A stretch of 64,000 nt of DNA, from NCBI GenBank assembly GCA_000165425.1, contig CT868022.1, positions 124,001-188,000 on the forward strand, read 5' to 3'. Source of the stretch: Paramecium tetraurelia (Eukaryota). Positions 40,707 to 52,900 of the stretch are shown here, piece after piece (position 1 is the stretch's first letter; every line of letters begins with the position of its first letter). A program made the position numbers and the translations under genes. The notes under the pieces were generated by a model that was given only the letters and a program-made list of their open reading frames with translations, had not been told where the DNA came from and searched no databases.

Positions 40707-43366
40707 ATGAAATTCGGAGTTCTGTTGTTGATTTTCTCGACTCTAGGCATATTTGCTAAGGATGTTACGAAAATTCATGATTGGGTATCAAAGAACATTC
40801 AATCTCTTGAGAAATATATATAAGAAACCGATATGACAAGCGATATTCTGTTAGGCGTTCAAAGAAATGATAAAGGCAAAAAGTAAATCTCCATCCTTAA
40901 ATTAGCTTTTAAAATTGGATATTTTCTACTAATCATAAATAGCATATAGAATTAACAGATGGACAAATCAAGAAGACAACTGCATTCGGTCCAGATTCTG
41001 AGTACTTTACAGAAACTACATAAAACTTTGTTTTTTTAGGAACATAAATAAAGGATAAGGAATGGATAAAGATCTAAATGAAGAAAGGTAATGAAGATAC
41101 TTAAAGAATTGATATGTTTGCTTAAGACAATTATCAAGGTGTCAGTTTAATCAATTCTAATAATGAAGGGACAATGAATCGTTTATTAATAGTAGAAAAA
41201 ATGAATGAAATTATTTCCTCATATGAAGAACAAGGAAAGTCAACAATTAAAATATCAAATTTATCAGAAGGCTAATCCTTATTCTATATTCTTTACAGTC
41301 AAAATTCAGAGGTCAGTGACATTGAGAAGCTATTTAATTACATCGTTAAAAACGTCATCGACCTTGAAAAGGAACATGATATTAATGCTGATGAATAACC
41401 AGTTACCTAGGATGATGGAGAAGAAGAATCAGATCCCAATGGACATGAAAAATCTGACTAACCCAAAAAGGAAGGAGATGGTGAAGAAAATTAAGTTGAA
41501 GGTTAAGAATAAGAACACGAATAAGAGCATTAGGAAGTACCTGAAGAAGATTGTCCAGGAGGAGAAGAAGATGATACTGCGAAGAATAAAGTTGATGTTG
41601 ATGACACTAAACAATTGCCATCTTAGGATGATCCAAAAAATGTGAAAATATAAACAAATGGTGTTGACTCATAAGAAAAAGAGGAAGTAATTGAAGAATC
41701 AGAAGAAGAAGATGAGGAGGTCGATGCTCCACCAAAAAAGAATTAAGGGTAGGATGAAAATAGTGAACCTGAGCCTCCTTCTGAGGAATATTAGAATTGT
41801 GCAGGAGAAGAGTTGGATACAGTAAAAAATAAGAGAGACTTGAACTAAAACTAGGAATCCAAACAAGGGAGAGTATTTTAGGCAAAAGAAGTGTCAATCA
41901 AAGACACAATTCATGAAGAAGAAGGTGAAGGAGATGGGCAGACAGGTGAATAAGGAAATACTTAAGGAGAAGAAAAGCCTGATGATTCTGAAGGAAAGAC
42001 TGAAGGAACAAATGGAGCAACAGATGATGCTGAAGGAAAAACTGATGATACTACTGGAACTGAGGGAAAGACTGATGCTGCTGATGGAACTGAAGGAAAG
42101 GCTGAAGGAACAACTGATGAATCCGAAGCAACAGAAGGAAAAACGGATGATACTAATGGAACTGAAGGAACAACACATGAGCCTGAAGTAACAGAAGGAA
42201 AAACTGAGGGAACAACTGATGAGCCTGAAGTTACAGAAAGTAAACCTGATGATACCAAGGGAACTGAAGAAACATCGCATGAACATGAACATGAGCATGA
42301 TGTAACTGAAGGAAAGACCGATGATACTAAGGGAACTGAAGGAACAACAGATGAACATGAAGTTACTGAAGAAAAGACAGATGCTACTTAGGGAACTGAA
42401 GGAGCAACAGATTAGCATGAAGGAACTGAAGGAGCAACAGATTAGCATGAAGGAAAGGCTGATGATACTTAGGGAACTGAAGGTACAACGGATGAACATG
42501 AAGTAACTGAAGGAAAGACTGATGATTCTTAAGGTACTGAAGGAACAACAGATTAGCATGATGGAACAACAGATGAACATGAAACAACTGAAGGAAAAAC
42601 TGATGATACCAAGGAAACTGAAGGAACAACCGATGATCCTGAAGTAACCGAAGGTAAAACCGATGATACTAAGGGAACTTAAGAAACATCACATGAACAT
42701 GAACATGAACATGAACATGAACATGAACATGAACATGAACATGAACATGAACATGAACATGAACATGAACATGAACATGAACATGAACATGAACATGAAC
42801 ATGAACATGAACATGAACATGAACATGAACATGAACATGAACATGAACATGAACATGAAATAACTGAAGGAAAGACTGATGATACTTAGGGAACTGAAGG
42901 AACAACAGATTAACATGAACATGAAAATGAAGTAACTGAAGGAAAAACCGACGATGCTAAAGAAACTGAAGAAACTACAGATGGATAAGCAGATGATTAA
43001 TCAAAAACCCAACATGAAAAAGAAAATCACAAATAGGAACCAGAAGTAAAAATAATATATATTTTAAAGGAACCTTGCGTAATTTTATACTCAGAATGCC
43101 ATTTCACTGGTGACGAATTAAAACTGTGCGGTGCTCACCCTGTTATTCCAAATGATATGAAAAACTTTAAAGTGAAATCAATAAAGGTTCCCGAAGGTGT
43201 TTAGGTTACATTCTTTAATAAGCCTAACTTTGATGATGAAAAATTACATGCTAAAAATGAGATGGAATGTCTTGAAACACCTTTAAGATTGAATTTACTA
43301 GAATTGATGAATAACCTAAGAATGTCAAAGCATATTAATATAAACTCTATATCAGTTACAAATTGA
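40707..43366 (+). CDS. Secreted acidic repeat protein (~870-878 aa) with (His-Glu)28 tract and C-terminal beta/gamma-crystallin domain
   Basis: Signal peptide MKFGVLLLIFSTLGIFA; ~200-aa globular region; long E/D/T/G-rich repeats; C-terminal PCVILYSECHFTGDELKLC..VKSIKVPEGVQVTFFNKPNFDD..MECL (two Greek-key motifs); one 23-nt intron, possible second 24-nt intron. Confidence 0.88.
41975..42990 (+). repeat. Degenerate coding tandem repeat, unit ~TEGKTDDTxGTEGTTDEHEV (~60 bp)
   Basis: Recurrent actgaaggaaa(a/g)actgatgatact..ggaactgaaggaacaacagat..catgaa blocks. Confidence 0.9.
42692..42859 (+). repeat. Perfect hexamer microsatellite (CATGAA)28 encoding (His-Glu)28
   Basis: 168 nt of uninterrupted CATGAA, in frame with the 40707 ORF. 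Confidence 0.98.
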
Positions 43367-46215
43367 TAATTGAATATTTAGTTTATATTTACAAAAAATA
43401 TTCTATAATAAGCAATTTTTCGTTATTTAAATAAAATAAATCCCAATTAATAATGTTTTAATTTTACTATAATTTATAATGATAAGATTCATTCCCAATT
43501 CCTATATTATTATACAAAAGGATATTCACTAATTTGAATACATAATATCATACTTATTTTATAAATAAATAATTTAAATAGTATTTTGGAGATTTAATGG
43601 TTTTTCTTTATCTTTGGCATATATATCAATAAGATAATTATTACGTTTTCTTCATTCAATACAAAATTAATACAATTTATTATAACCTGAAAATGGCTAG
43701 TTTACTGAGTTGAGATATCTACAATTAACCCATCAAAATATAAAAAGCAAATAATTTCTTAAACCAAAAAAAGATAAATAGAGTTTAAGACCCAAATTGA
43801 GGAGAATAATAAAAAAATTATCTGATTTATAATGAACAATATGGTAGAAATAGGAGAAGGTTTTTAAAACTAATTAGATTTGCCAGCTAATTGATTAAAG
43901 ACTGTAATATAAAAAATTCTCTTTGAAAAGTAATTCTAATTTCATTTATGCTCAATGGCAATTAAAAAAGAATGTTATTATGATGACCTAGATAATTATT
44001 CTTCTAATAAATTATGCTCAAATAAATTAAAAGATTAGCAGTCGGGATTTAAATATTACATTGTTACACTGGAATGTAAATTCTAATTAGCAATACTTAT
44101 ATGTTATTTGTGTAGACAACTACGTAAGTAAAAAAACTTACAACTTTTATTAAAGGCTTTATGCCATGGTCACAGTTTGCTTAATTATTAAATGTTTATA
44201 GATTTTAAGCATGATTAATTGAAACAAAAGTAAAAATTATTTTTGATAGAAATAAAATTAGGATAAAATTATTAAAAATAACAATTCTAAGTTCGAGGTG
44301 ATAAGATGTGCGTTAAATATAAAAGACCCTTTATTTTTATTTAACTTTAATAAATTTGAATTATTAAACTCTTATTCTGATACTCACAATTATGTTTTAA
44401 AAAATACATTAGAGAAATCTATCTATTTAAAAGCAATCAATTTGAAGGGTAGGCTATTTTTACTAAATCATTTAAATAGAGTGATAATTTGCACTGATAA
44501 TAATTAATAAACTATTAACAAATAATATATGCTCGTCCATCACCAATGAAAAATTTATTTAATTTGCTATAGAACTTACCTTGAATTACATTCAATTGAT
44601 AAATTTTCACAGTATGTATTGAAATCGAATTATTCATTAATTATTTAATTTAATTTTCGAGTCAAGCAAACTTAAGAAAAATAACAATGGTTAAAATTTC
44701 AATCAAATGTAAATACAATAAGTTTCAGTTTTATAGAAATATTGAAAATAATTATAGTTCATGGTGATATCGATGCATAAAATAAGTAAATTATTATAAT
44801 CATATTAATGATGCTTCCACATCCATAAATGAGAATTAAACAACTATTTTCTTCCTTAGAGCTTTTATCAAATATTATATGTTCATTCTCACTATCATCT
44901 AATAAATAATGTTTTTCCTCATCTATATTTTAGATTGATATTTATTACATATATTTATTTAATGAAATAATATTTTTTTACAGAAAGCATTTATTTTATG
45001 TTGGATGCAAAAAACGTCTTAATACAAAGAAAAAGCACTGAATGGAGAAATTTAGCATTAAGCAATAGCAAACCAAATCATAAATATTTCTTAGTTAATT
45101 AATTGATTATAATAATTGTAATATCAAGTTCGTTGAATGATATTTATCATTATATTCTAATCAGGTTAAACAAATATAACTTTTATAGAATTTTGAAAAT
45201 TCACAGTTTATTGCTACAAACAAGATGTTCTTTAACTTTAAATAAAATAAATCATGTAAAAGACATATTTAATTGATGAATATTAAAGTATAGTCATTAG
45301 AGAAGGATAAATAGAAATTTCATAACAATATTGACACTTAAGCATGCAAATCATTTTAATTCAATTTTTCTAAATTAAAGTAAATTTAGTGATTAATACA
45401 TAGATTATCTTTAAAATACACATATAATCTCTATCATGATAGTATTTTTTTAAAGCATCTTACGATTAAATCTTTGTATTTGTGGATTTTGGAATAACTT
45501 TTTCCACTAATTAAAACTAAAATTTAAAGCAAACTACTTAAGATTTCAATTAAAAATTGAATAAAAAAGAAAGTTTCAGATTCCTTCTCCGTTTTAACTA
45601 AAATTTAAATAAAGAACAGCTTCTGCAAAGCAAATATTTAATGTGATATATCTCCTCTAGATTTTATTTTAACTCTACAATGCTAGATCGATTGAAAAAA
45701 TGAGCAATAACCTTTTCTATCTAACAATTTTATTTTTTCTCTAAAAGAATTCTTCCATAAATGTTCATTTTCGTATTCATCCCACTTCACCAAAATATCA
45801 ATAATATATTTTCATGATAAATAATGCTGTTTGGGTAATAGGATAATATTTATCTTGACCTAAAACAGATTTTAGTTTTCAGACTTAAGAGATATTTTAA
45901 TTTATTATAAAAACTGCACATGGATTTTAAATGTCTAAAACCAAAAAAATCTCAAGATTAAACCATTATTTATTAAATAGCTTTAGAATTAATAATGCTC
46001 TAATAATAGTTTACAAAAATAATAAGGAATTTCAGAAGAAAATTCGTTTTAAAATTAATCATCTTATATTTTTTTTTGTCGTATATTTCAATTTTTCATT
46101 AGAGCATTAACAATTAGAAATTCTTTGCAATGTTTTACAGGATTAGTTTTTCTCAAGTTTATCAATGAAGTTTAATATATCTGAGATATTTTTTAATTAT
46201 TTTATAAATAGTATA

Positions 46216-48710
46216 ATGAATCCAAGTTCTCCTCATTGGAGAAGTTAAAATATCGACAACTCTGATCTTGTAGATGAAAGAATATATAGCATTCGAACGG
46301 ACAACAATAAACAATCACTCCTAAAGAAAAAATATTAGAGTGTAGTTTAATAATTAGATAATGATGATCAAATTGAAGACATCAATTTACTCTTTGATGA
46401 TAGATAGTTAAAAATAATAAACGATTTATCATTTGTGCAGACAGCAAAAATTAAAGAAAAGCCAGGCAGGGCATCAATTTCTAGGAAAATGAGTGTTATG
46501 ATTCAAAATAAAGAATAAGAAGAAAAATAACCAAGTTGTTCTTACATTTAAGTTTTTACTTAAGAAGATAAAATACGAATAGTTTGGGATGTTTTTACAA
46601 TGTTAGTAATCTTTTTAGCAATATTAATACTACCAGTTGAAATTTCTTTTAATGTAGAATCCTCTTTCTTAGATGATTTTAATATTTTTAGTTTATCAGT
46701 TTTTACACTCGATATTTTCATAAACTTCAATACAGCCTTTTAACATAAAGGTTAATACGTATTTGATAGGAAATTGATCTTTTAAAATTATTTAAAATGG
46801 TGGTTCTGGATAGATGTAGGTATTTATAAAAATTAAATATAGTTTCTACATTCCCTTTCGATTTAATTGTCGAAGCTGCAACATCAAGTGTAGTGAAAGT
46901 AGACGAAGATGAATTAAACTAACAATAAAATAAGTCCCAAAAGGATTCACTAGTATAAACAATGAAATTGCTTAGGATTCTAAAATTTTTTCGATTAATA
47001 AAAATTATAAGGTTGTTACGTCTATTAAAACTGAAGCAGCTTTTTGCTAAATTAGAAGATTATATAGATATCAGCGGGTCTGTTATCACAATATACTAAT
47101 TGCTTAAATTAACTTTTATAATGCTTTTTGTTGCCCATTGGTTAGCTTGCATTTGGCATTTCATAGCTGAATAAGAAAATAGTTCTAATGGCTATAGTTG
47201 GTTATAGGCTACAGAACTTGCAGAACAATATTGGTACATAAAATATGTGGCATCGGTTTATTGGGCTACTGCAACAATGACTACGGTTGGCTATGGTGAT
47301 ATCGTCCCAGTTACATCTGTTGAGAAATTATTTGGTATCATTGTCATGTTATTGGCTTGTTGTGTTTTTGCTTACATAATGAATAGCATTGGAGGCATCT
47401 TTGTCAAATTAGATACAAATGAAAAAACTATAAGATTGAAACTTGGATAAGCAAACTAATTTTTGAAATCTAATGAGATACCCAAAGATTTACAGGCAAG
47501 AGTGAGGAAATATTTGGAATATAAATATGAGACAGAATCATCATAGGTAAATGAAAAGGATGCATTATCAGTTCTATCATCCACTTTGAAGGACGAAGTG
47601 TTATAGAATGTGAATACTTCATTAATTAAATAGTCAGCTTTTTTTAATTCAGGTAAATTTGAGAAAGAAATATTATCTTAATTACCCTACCTTTTGGAAG
47701 AACAAATCTATGGTCCAGAAGAATGCATATTTTTGGAAGGAATTGACCCAATTGAGAAAGAGAATGGCAACAATATTCAGGACAGAAATTTGTATTTCCT
47801 AAATTAAGGACAGGTTCTTATTTGTATTTAGAAGACAATTACCTGTTTAAAAATAATTGAGGGAGGAGCTACTTTTGGAGAATTGGCATTTTTTACAGAT
47901 AAACCGAGAAGTGCCTCTGCTTATACACTAAATTTCGTCTATGTATAGGTTCTAAACAAAAAAAAGTTTTTTGAAAAACTCAAACTCAATAGTAGCTAAA
48001 ACTAAATATACCTAATGAATAAACATATTGTAGAAATTAATAATGATTACACTCCCTTAGGGTAATGTTGCTTTGCTTGTATGAGTAGCTCTCACTTTGC
48101 TTATGAATGCCCCAAACTTCATTACGTTGTAAATGAAGAAAAAAGACTTGAAATAATTAAAGAAGAACAGTTCAATCAAGAAAATAGCTTAAAAATATTT
48201 AATAGATAATATATAAGGCAAAACAAAAGAGTTAAGTACAATTCAAGAGCGAATTCTTAACTAACCAATGTTGTAGCCGATGAAATCAAATTTGTATACA
48301 ATCATAACCGCGAAGGCGAAGATGACCTTTTAATTTAATCTAATCAGTAATGTATATTATTAAGTTCAGATCAAATGGCACAGAGGAAGAGGATGAAAAT
48401 CCTTTCAAAATGAGTGTCAAAGGGCAGCTCGTTTAATTTTCCGAAGAAACTGATATTGATAGGATGTGTAAGTTTCCTCTTTTCTTTCCCAATTATAACT
48501 ATGATAAAATTATTTAGACTTATAACTAATTCACTCCAGAGATTAGAAAAGAGATCATAAAGAATAACAACTAAGTGAATTAAAAAAATAGAGGCCAGAG
48601 ATCCCATTCTGCAGAAAGAGCTTAATACTTTTAAAGATTAGAAGAAAAGTGCTTTGCCGAGTAATGATTATGTAATTAAAAATCTATTCACTGAGAAATC
48701 CCATATCTGA
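46216..48710 (+). CDS. Cyclic-nucleotide-binding-domain K+ channel (KCNH/HCN-like)
   Basis: RIVWDVF, S4 KLLRILKFFRLIKIIRLLRLLKL, AHWLACIW, YWATATMTTVGYGDI, C-linker IPKDLQARVRKYLEY, CNBD FGELAFFTDKPRSASA; 23-nt intron near 46820. Confidence 0.95.
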
Positions 48711-48762
48711 TTTACTTAGATAACGTAATAACTACTTTATTAATTCTTTATTTTATTATTAA

Positions 48763-49621
48763 ATGAGTATTATGGCTATATTCAAAAATTGCATTGAACA
48801 CTTCCGAGGCAAATTTTCCAAAAATTACATTCCTGCTCAAACTCCTAAAGCTCATTCGAAAAAGAAAGTGCTTGTTTTAGATTTAGATGAGACCTTAGTT
48901 CATTGTGAATTTAAGGAGAACAATAATTTTTAGTATGAAGCTCTATTAAAAGTAATTCATAAAGAATAAGAATATAAAATTCACTTAAGAACCCGACCAC
49001 ATTTAAATAAATTCTTATTAGAAGCTAGTCGGGATTATGAAATCATAATCTTTACTGCAGGTTATGAAGTTTACTGTGAAAAAGTGCTAGAGTATATTGA
49101 CAAAGATAGATTAATTTCGGATTATTACGCAAGAGGAAGTTGCCAGTTTATTAATGGTGTATGCTTTAAAGATTTATCGTTACTGGATAGATCGATGGAA
49201 GATATTATTTTTATAGATGTAAACTTGCAATTAATTTTAGAATAATCCTAATGCTTTTGATAGGTGCCAAGATAATGGATTATTAATACCTTCCTATCTT
49301 GATTCTGATGATGATGACTGTCTCTTAAAATTAATTCCTTTTCTTAAATTTTTATCAAAGAAAAAAGACCTAAGACCAATAAACTAACATGTTCATACAT
49401 ATGAAAATAATATTGGTGAGCCATTATTCACAGACCCCTAAAAAACATTAGAAATATAACAATAAGCGGTTGATGAGGATTCTCTAAGTGAAGATAATGT
49501 AATTAAATAAGAAAATGATATTACAGATTTAGATATTAAACATAAAAAAACTTAAACTCATTTCGAACCAGTTTTTAAGATTAGTAACAAATTAAGAAGT
49601 GCAACTCTATTTTCTGGCTGA
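48763..49621 (+). CDS. NIF/SCP-family CTD small phosphatase-like protein
   Basis: KKVLVLDLDETLVHC, RPHLNKFL..YEIIIFTAG, FKDLSLLDR..IFIDNNP..NGLLIPSY; intron 49219-49240. Confidence 0.93.
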
Positions 49622-49964
49622 AATGAAATATTAAACATTATTTCAACACTCAAAAATGCTTTATTTATAATATTCATATTACTATTATAAAATAATTCAT
49701 CAGAAATTGAATCTAAACTTTTATTTTCCTTCACAGTATCTTATTTAAATTCTTTGAGATTTCTGGTTTTTACTTGTTTCTTAGATTTGATTGATAGATC
49801 AAAATGTAAAAATTATAGGCTAAGAAAATATTACTTGCTAAAAGTTTGAAATTTATTTATAAATTATCATTCATAAATAATTATGCTTGGAACCAATAAA
49901 TAAAAAAGAATCAAAAAGTACTTTATGAAATAAAATTGATAATAAAACACATATTGAAAGTTGG

Positions 49965-52900
49965 TCATCGTTTTTGTTATTTTACAATTTGTTTGATAAT
50001 AGCCAGACATTAGGTTTCATTTAGACATTCTAATGGCATCAAGATGAACGTAAATTTACTTGCAGAAACCAATTGTTATATTTTAGACAAATTTTAAACT
50101 TACAATGCTCCTTACAAAATTAAAACAGAGAATCCAAAGGTTAAAAAATACTACAAAGAGCTTTTAAAATCACTTTGTAGTATTTTAGTTGTCGATTCCA
50201 AAATAGTTACATAAAATTTAACTACAGCCTTGTTAATGTCGAAAAAGTATTCCTAAATATATTGCTTAAATTCTAAAGTTGATAAATAATATGCAGTTTC
50301 AGTTTTATTAGTATTTATTTTGCCTTGCAATTCTAATTAGTAATATGATTTCAGAATGGCTATTAATCTACTATATTTATAACTAATTACTTAGAAAATA
50401 TTCCATTAATACCATTCCTAAAAATCTCCCTATTATTATCTTCTTCTCTAGGTTTAGGGTAATCTGGGAAATATAAAAATTATTCATTTGTATAATTGCA
50501 GAAAGGAAGTTAGTCATTCATCACAGAACACAAATCATTTTAATACAACGTTTCTAATATTTCTTTATCTGTTACAGATATTTTTTTCGAGTTTACTATG
50601 TCCTAATAGATATATTCATTAATTTCTTAGGCCTTTTCATATTTTGATTGAAATTTTTCCAAAAATTCTTATTCCAAAATATGGAAATATTTCTCTAAAT
50701 CCAGAAGATATGGATTTTAGTTGAGAAAACCTAATTCACGTACCCTTTCTGATAAAATTGAATTTGTTTTCAATAATTAAGTTAAAATCATCAGAGAATC
50801 TAAGTCTTATTTGAATTAAACATATTAGATTGTTAATTTAATCTCTGATTGACTTGAATCTATGCCATACTTCATATAAAAAAAACTTGATAATATAAAG
50901 CTTAAAATAAGCAGAAGATACAAGCCATTTTTGAGATAGATGCCTATATGACTAAACTAATAATCGAATAGTTGTAAATTTGATTTAACCTATTTATTAG
51001 CCAAATTTTCTATCCTGTTTAAAATATCTTAACCTCTCTTTACAATAGTTTTATTATAACATTCATTCATATAGTTGGTTCTTTTCCATTTATAAGGATG
51101 ATTAATTATTTACTTTGCTTATTTAGCTGCAATAATGCTGGTCTTAATTTATTATTCCGATAGATGACTTAACAACTGAATTTACAATTAAACCATTTTG
51201 AAAGGTTGTTTCCATAATTATGTTAAGCAAATAATGCAACCTATTGCAAAACATAGTTTAGCGCTCAAAATGATATAGAGAACAGTGTTTGTATTCTCTG
51301 TCTAAATTTGAAGCTCAAGAATAATTTAATCTATCAAATTTTACGATGAGGTTATTTAGTTAATCAAATTTGCTTTGATAAATTGAAGTTTATAATACTC
51401 ATCTATAAGGAAATGATGATTGGATTCTGAATAATTTAATGCCTGATTAATATGTTCAAACAATTATTCAGTATATGTATCAGCTATCATATCAAATTAT
51501 ATCATTGTTACTTCATATTCCTTATAACTAAATTAGTTAAGTATTCTAACAGTAAGATTTTACAATCTTTCTTCATTTTCTAAAATTGAGAATCTGTTTT
51601 TTAGATTTATCATCATGCCTTCCATTTCATCTCTAATACTGCTACCATGATTTATCATTCTATAATTGAGATACTAACCATAATCTTTACCCAATAATGA
51701 TCTTTCTAAATCCATTTATCCGATTGTCGCAAAGGAACAATACAGACGATTGAATTTATCCGGAATTCTCACTAATTAAATATCATATTGCAACAAATCA
51801 TTGAGTTAGGATAAAATAATTAGAATTACTAACATCAACAGGTAAATAATAAAGTATAGAAAAGTAGTCACAACCCAAATCTTTTTGATTGAAAGACAAA
51901 ATTCTTTATTTTTTTAATATTCTCTAATTTAATCTAGAACCTAAAAGTTGGAATTTCTTGAATATCGGCTTGATTATGAGATTTTTTAATCATCAAATTC
52001 AATAATGTTAGCTTTGTTTTTTTATTTTTCATTTAAAGAATTACTATTTAGTTGATTTAGAACCTGCTGACTTTCACCATTAGAAAAAAGTAATTCTTAT
52101 TTCTAATCTTAATTTGAATCGTGTATTAAAAATTGATTTTCAACAGTCCTCTTTGATTAGGGTGCAATTTCAGTAATTTTTTCTATTTCTGTTATAAATT
52201 TGGGATGTGTCTAATGAGTTATGACTTTAACTTATTATTAGATTATTTAAAATTAATTTTAAGTTGATGACTTTTTATCAAGACTGGGTATAGATTAAAT
52301 ATCTTTATATTATTTGGATATGCTACAAATATAATAGATTTGATCAGTAGGTAATTAATGAAATTGAAATTAAACTTCAAATTAAACCTTACAATTAATA
52401 TTTTAATAATTGCCCAATTCTTATTTAATGTAGTGCAAGAATTCTTCAAAATAAGAAATCTTTTTTTATTACTGAGGATTAATGCTTTGATAGTACTTAA
52501 AGTAATATAAATATTGCATAAAATTAGTAACAGTTGATATCTCAATAATTACTTTGTTAATTTAATAGTTGTCATGATCAAAATTAGAATTCTGAATTAA
52601 GGAATCAATATTTGGAATCCAAAATTATATATAGCATTCATAAATAGATGGGTCAATAGAGGAGCAAATAGATTAGGTAGAACTATTATTAGTGTGAGTA
52701 TTCATTAAAATAGAGTAAGCATATTTTGAAACACCTAAGATTTTTCCGTATTAATCAAAAAGGATGTAATCATAATTAGATTTCACCTTTTTTAAAGCAG
52801 TCGTTAAAATAAAATCTTCAGATTTTTCATTTATATGCAAGAAACTCAATATGATTGGAAATATAAAACCTTCATAATCTTTACAAAACACTTATTTTCC

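Noticed and set aside
41429..42922. Track ORFs with poly(MN), poly(HV), poly(MF) and Ser/Phe/Cys-rich repeats
   Set aside because: Alternative-frame or antisense readings of the repeats; only the His-Glu frame is continuous with the signal peptide and crystallin domain.
41975..42990. Repeat array as CRISPR, telomere or mobile element
   Set aside because: No constant repeat with unique spacers, no cas or transposase gene, not G/T telomeric; it is in-frame coding sequence.
43690..45400. Possible gene(s) in the AT-rich gap
   Set aside because: Frames repeatedly closed by TGA and no recognisable motif; treated as unresolved relic DNA.
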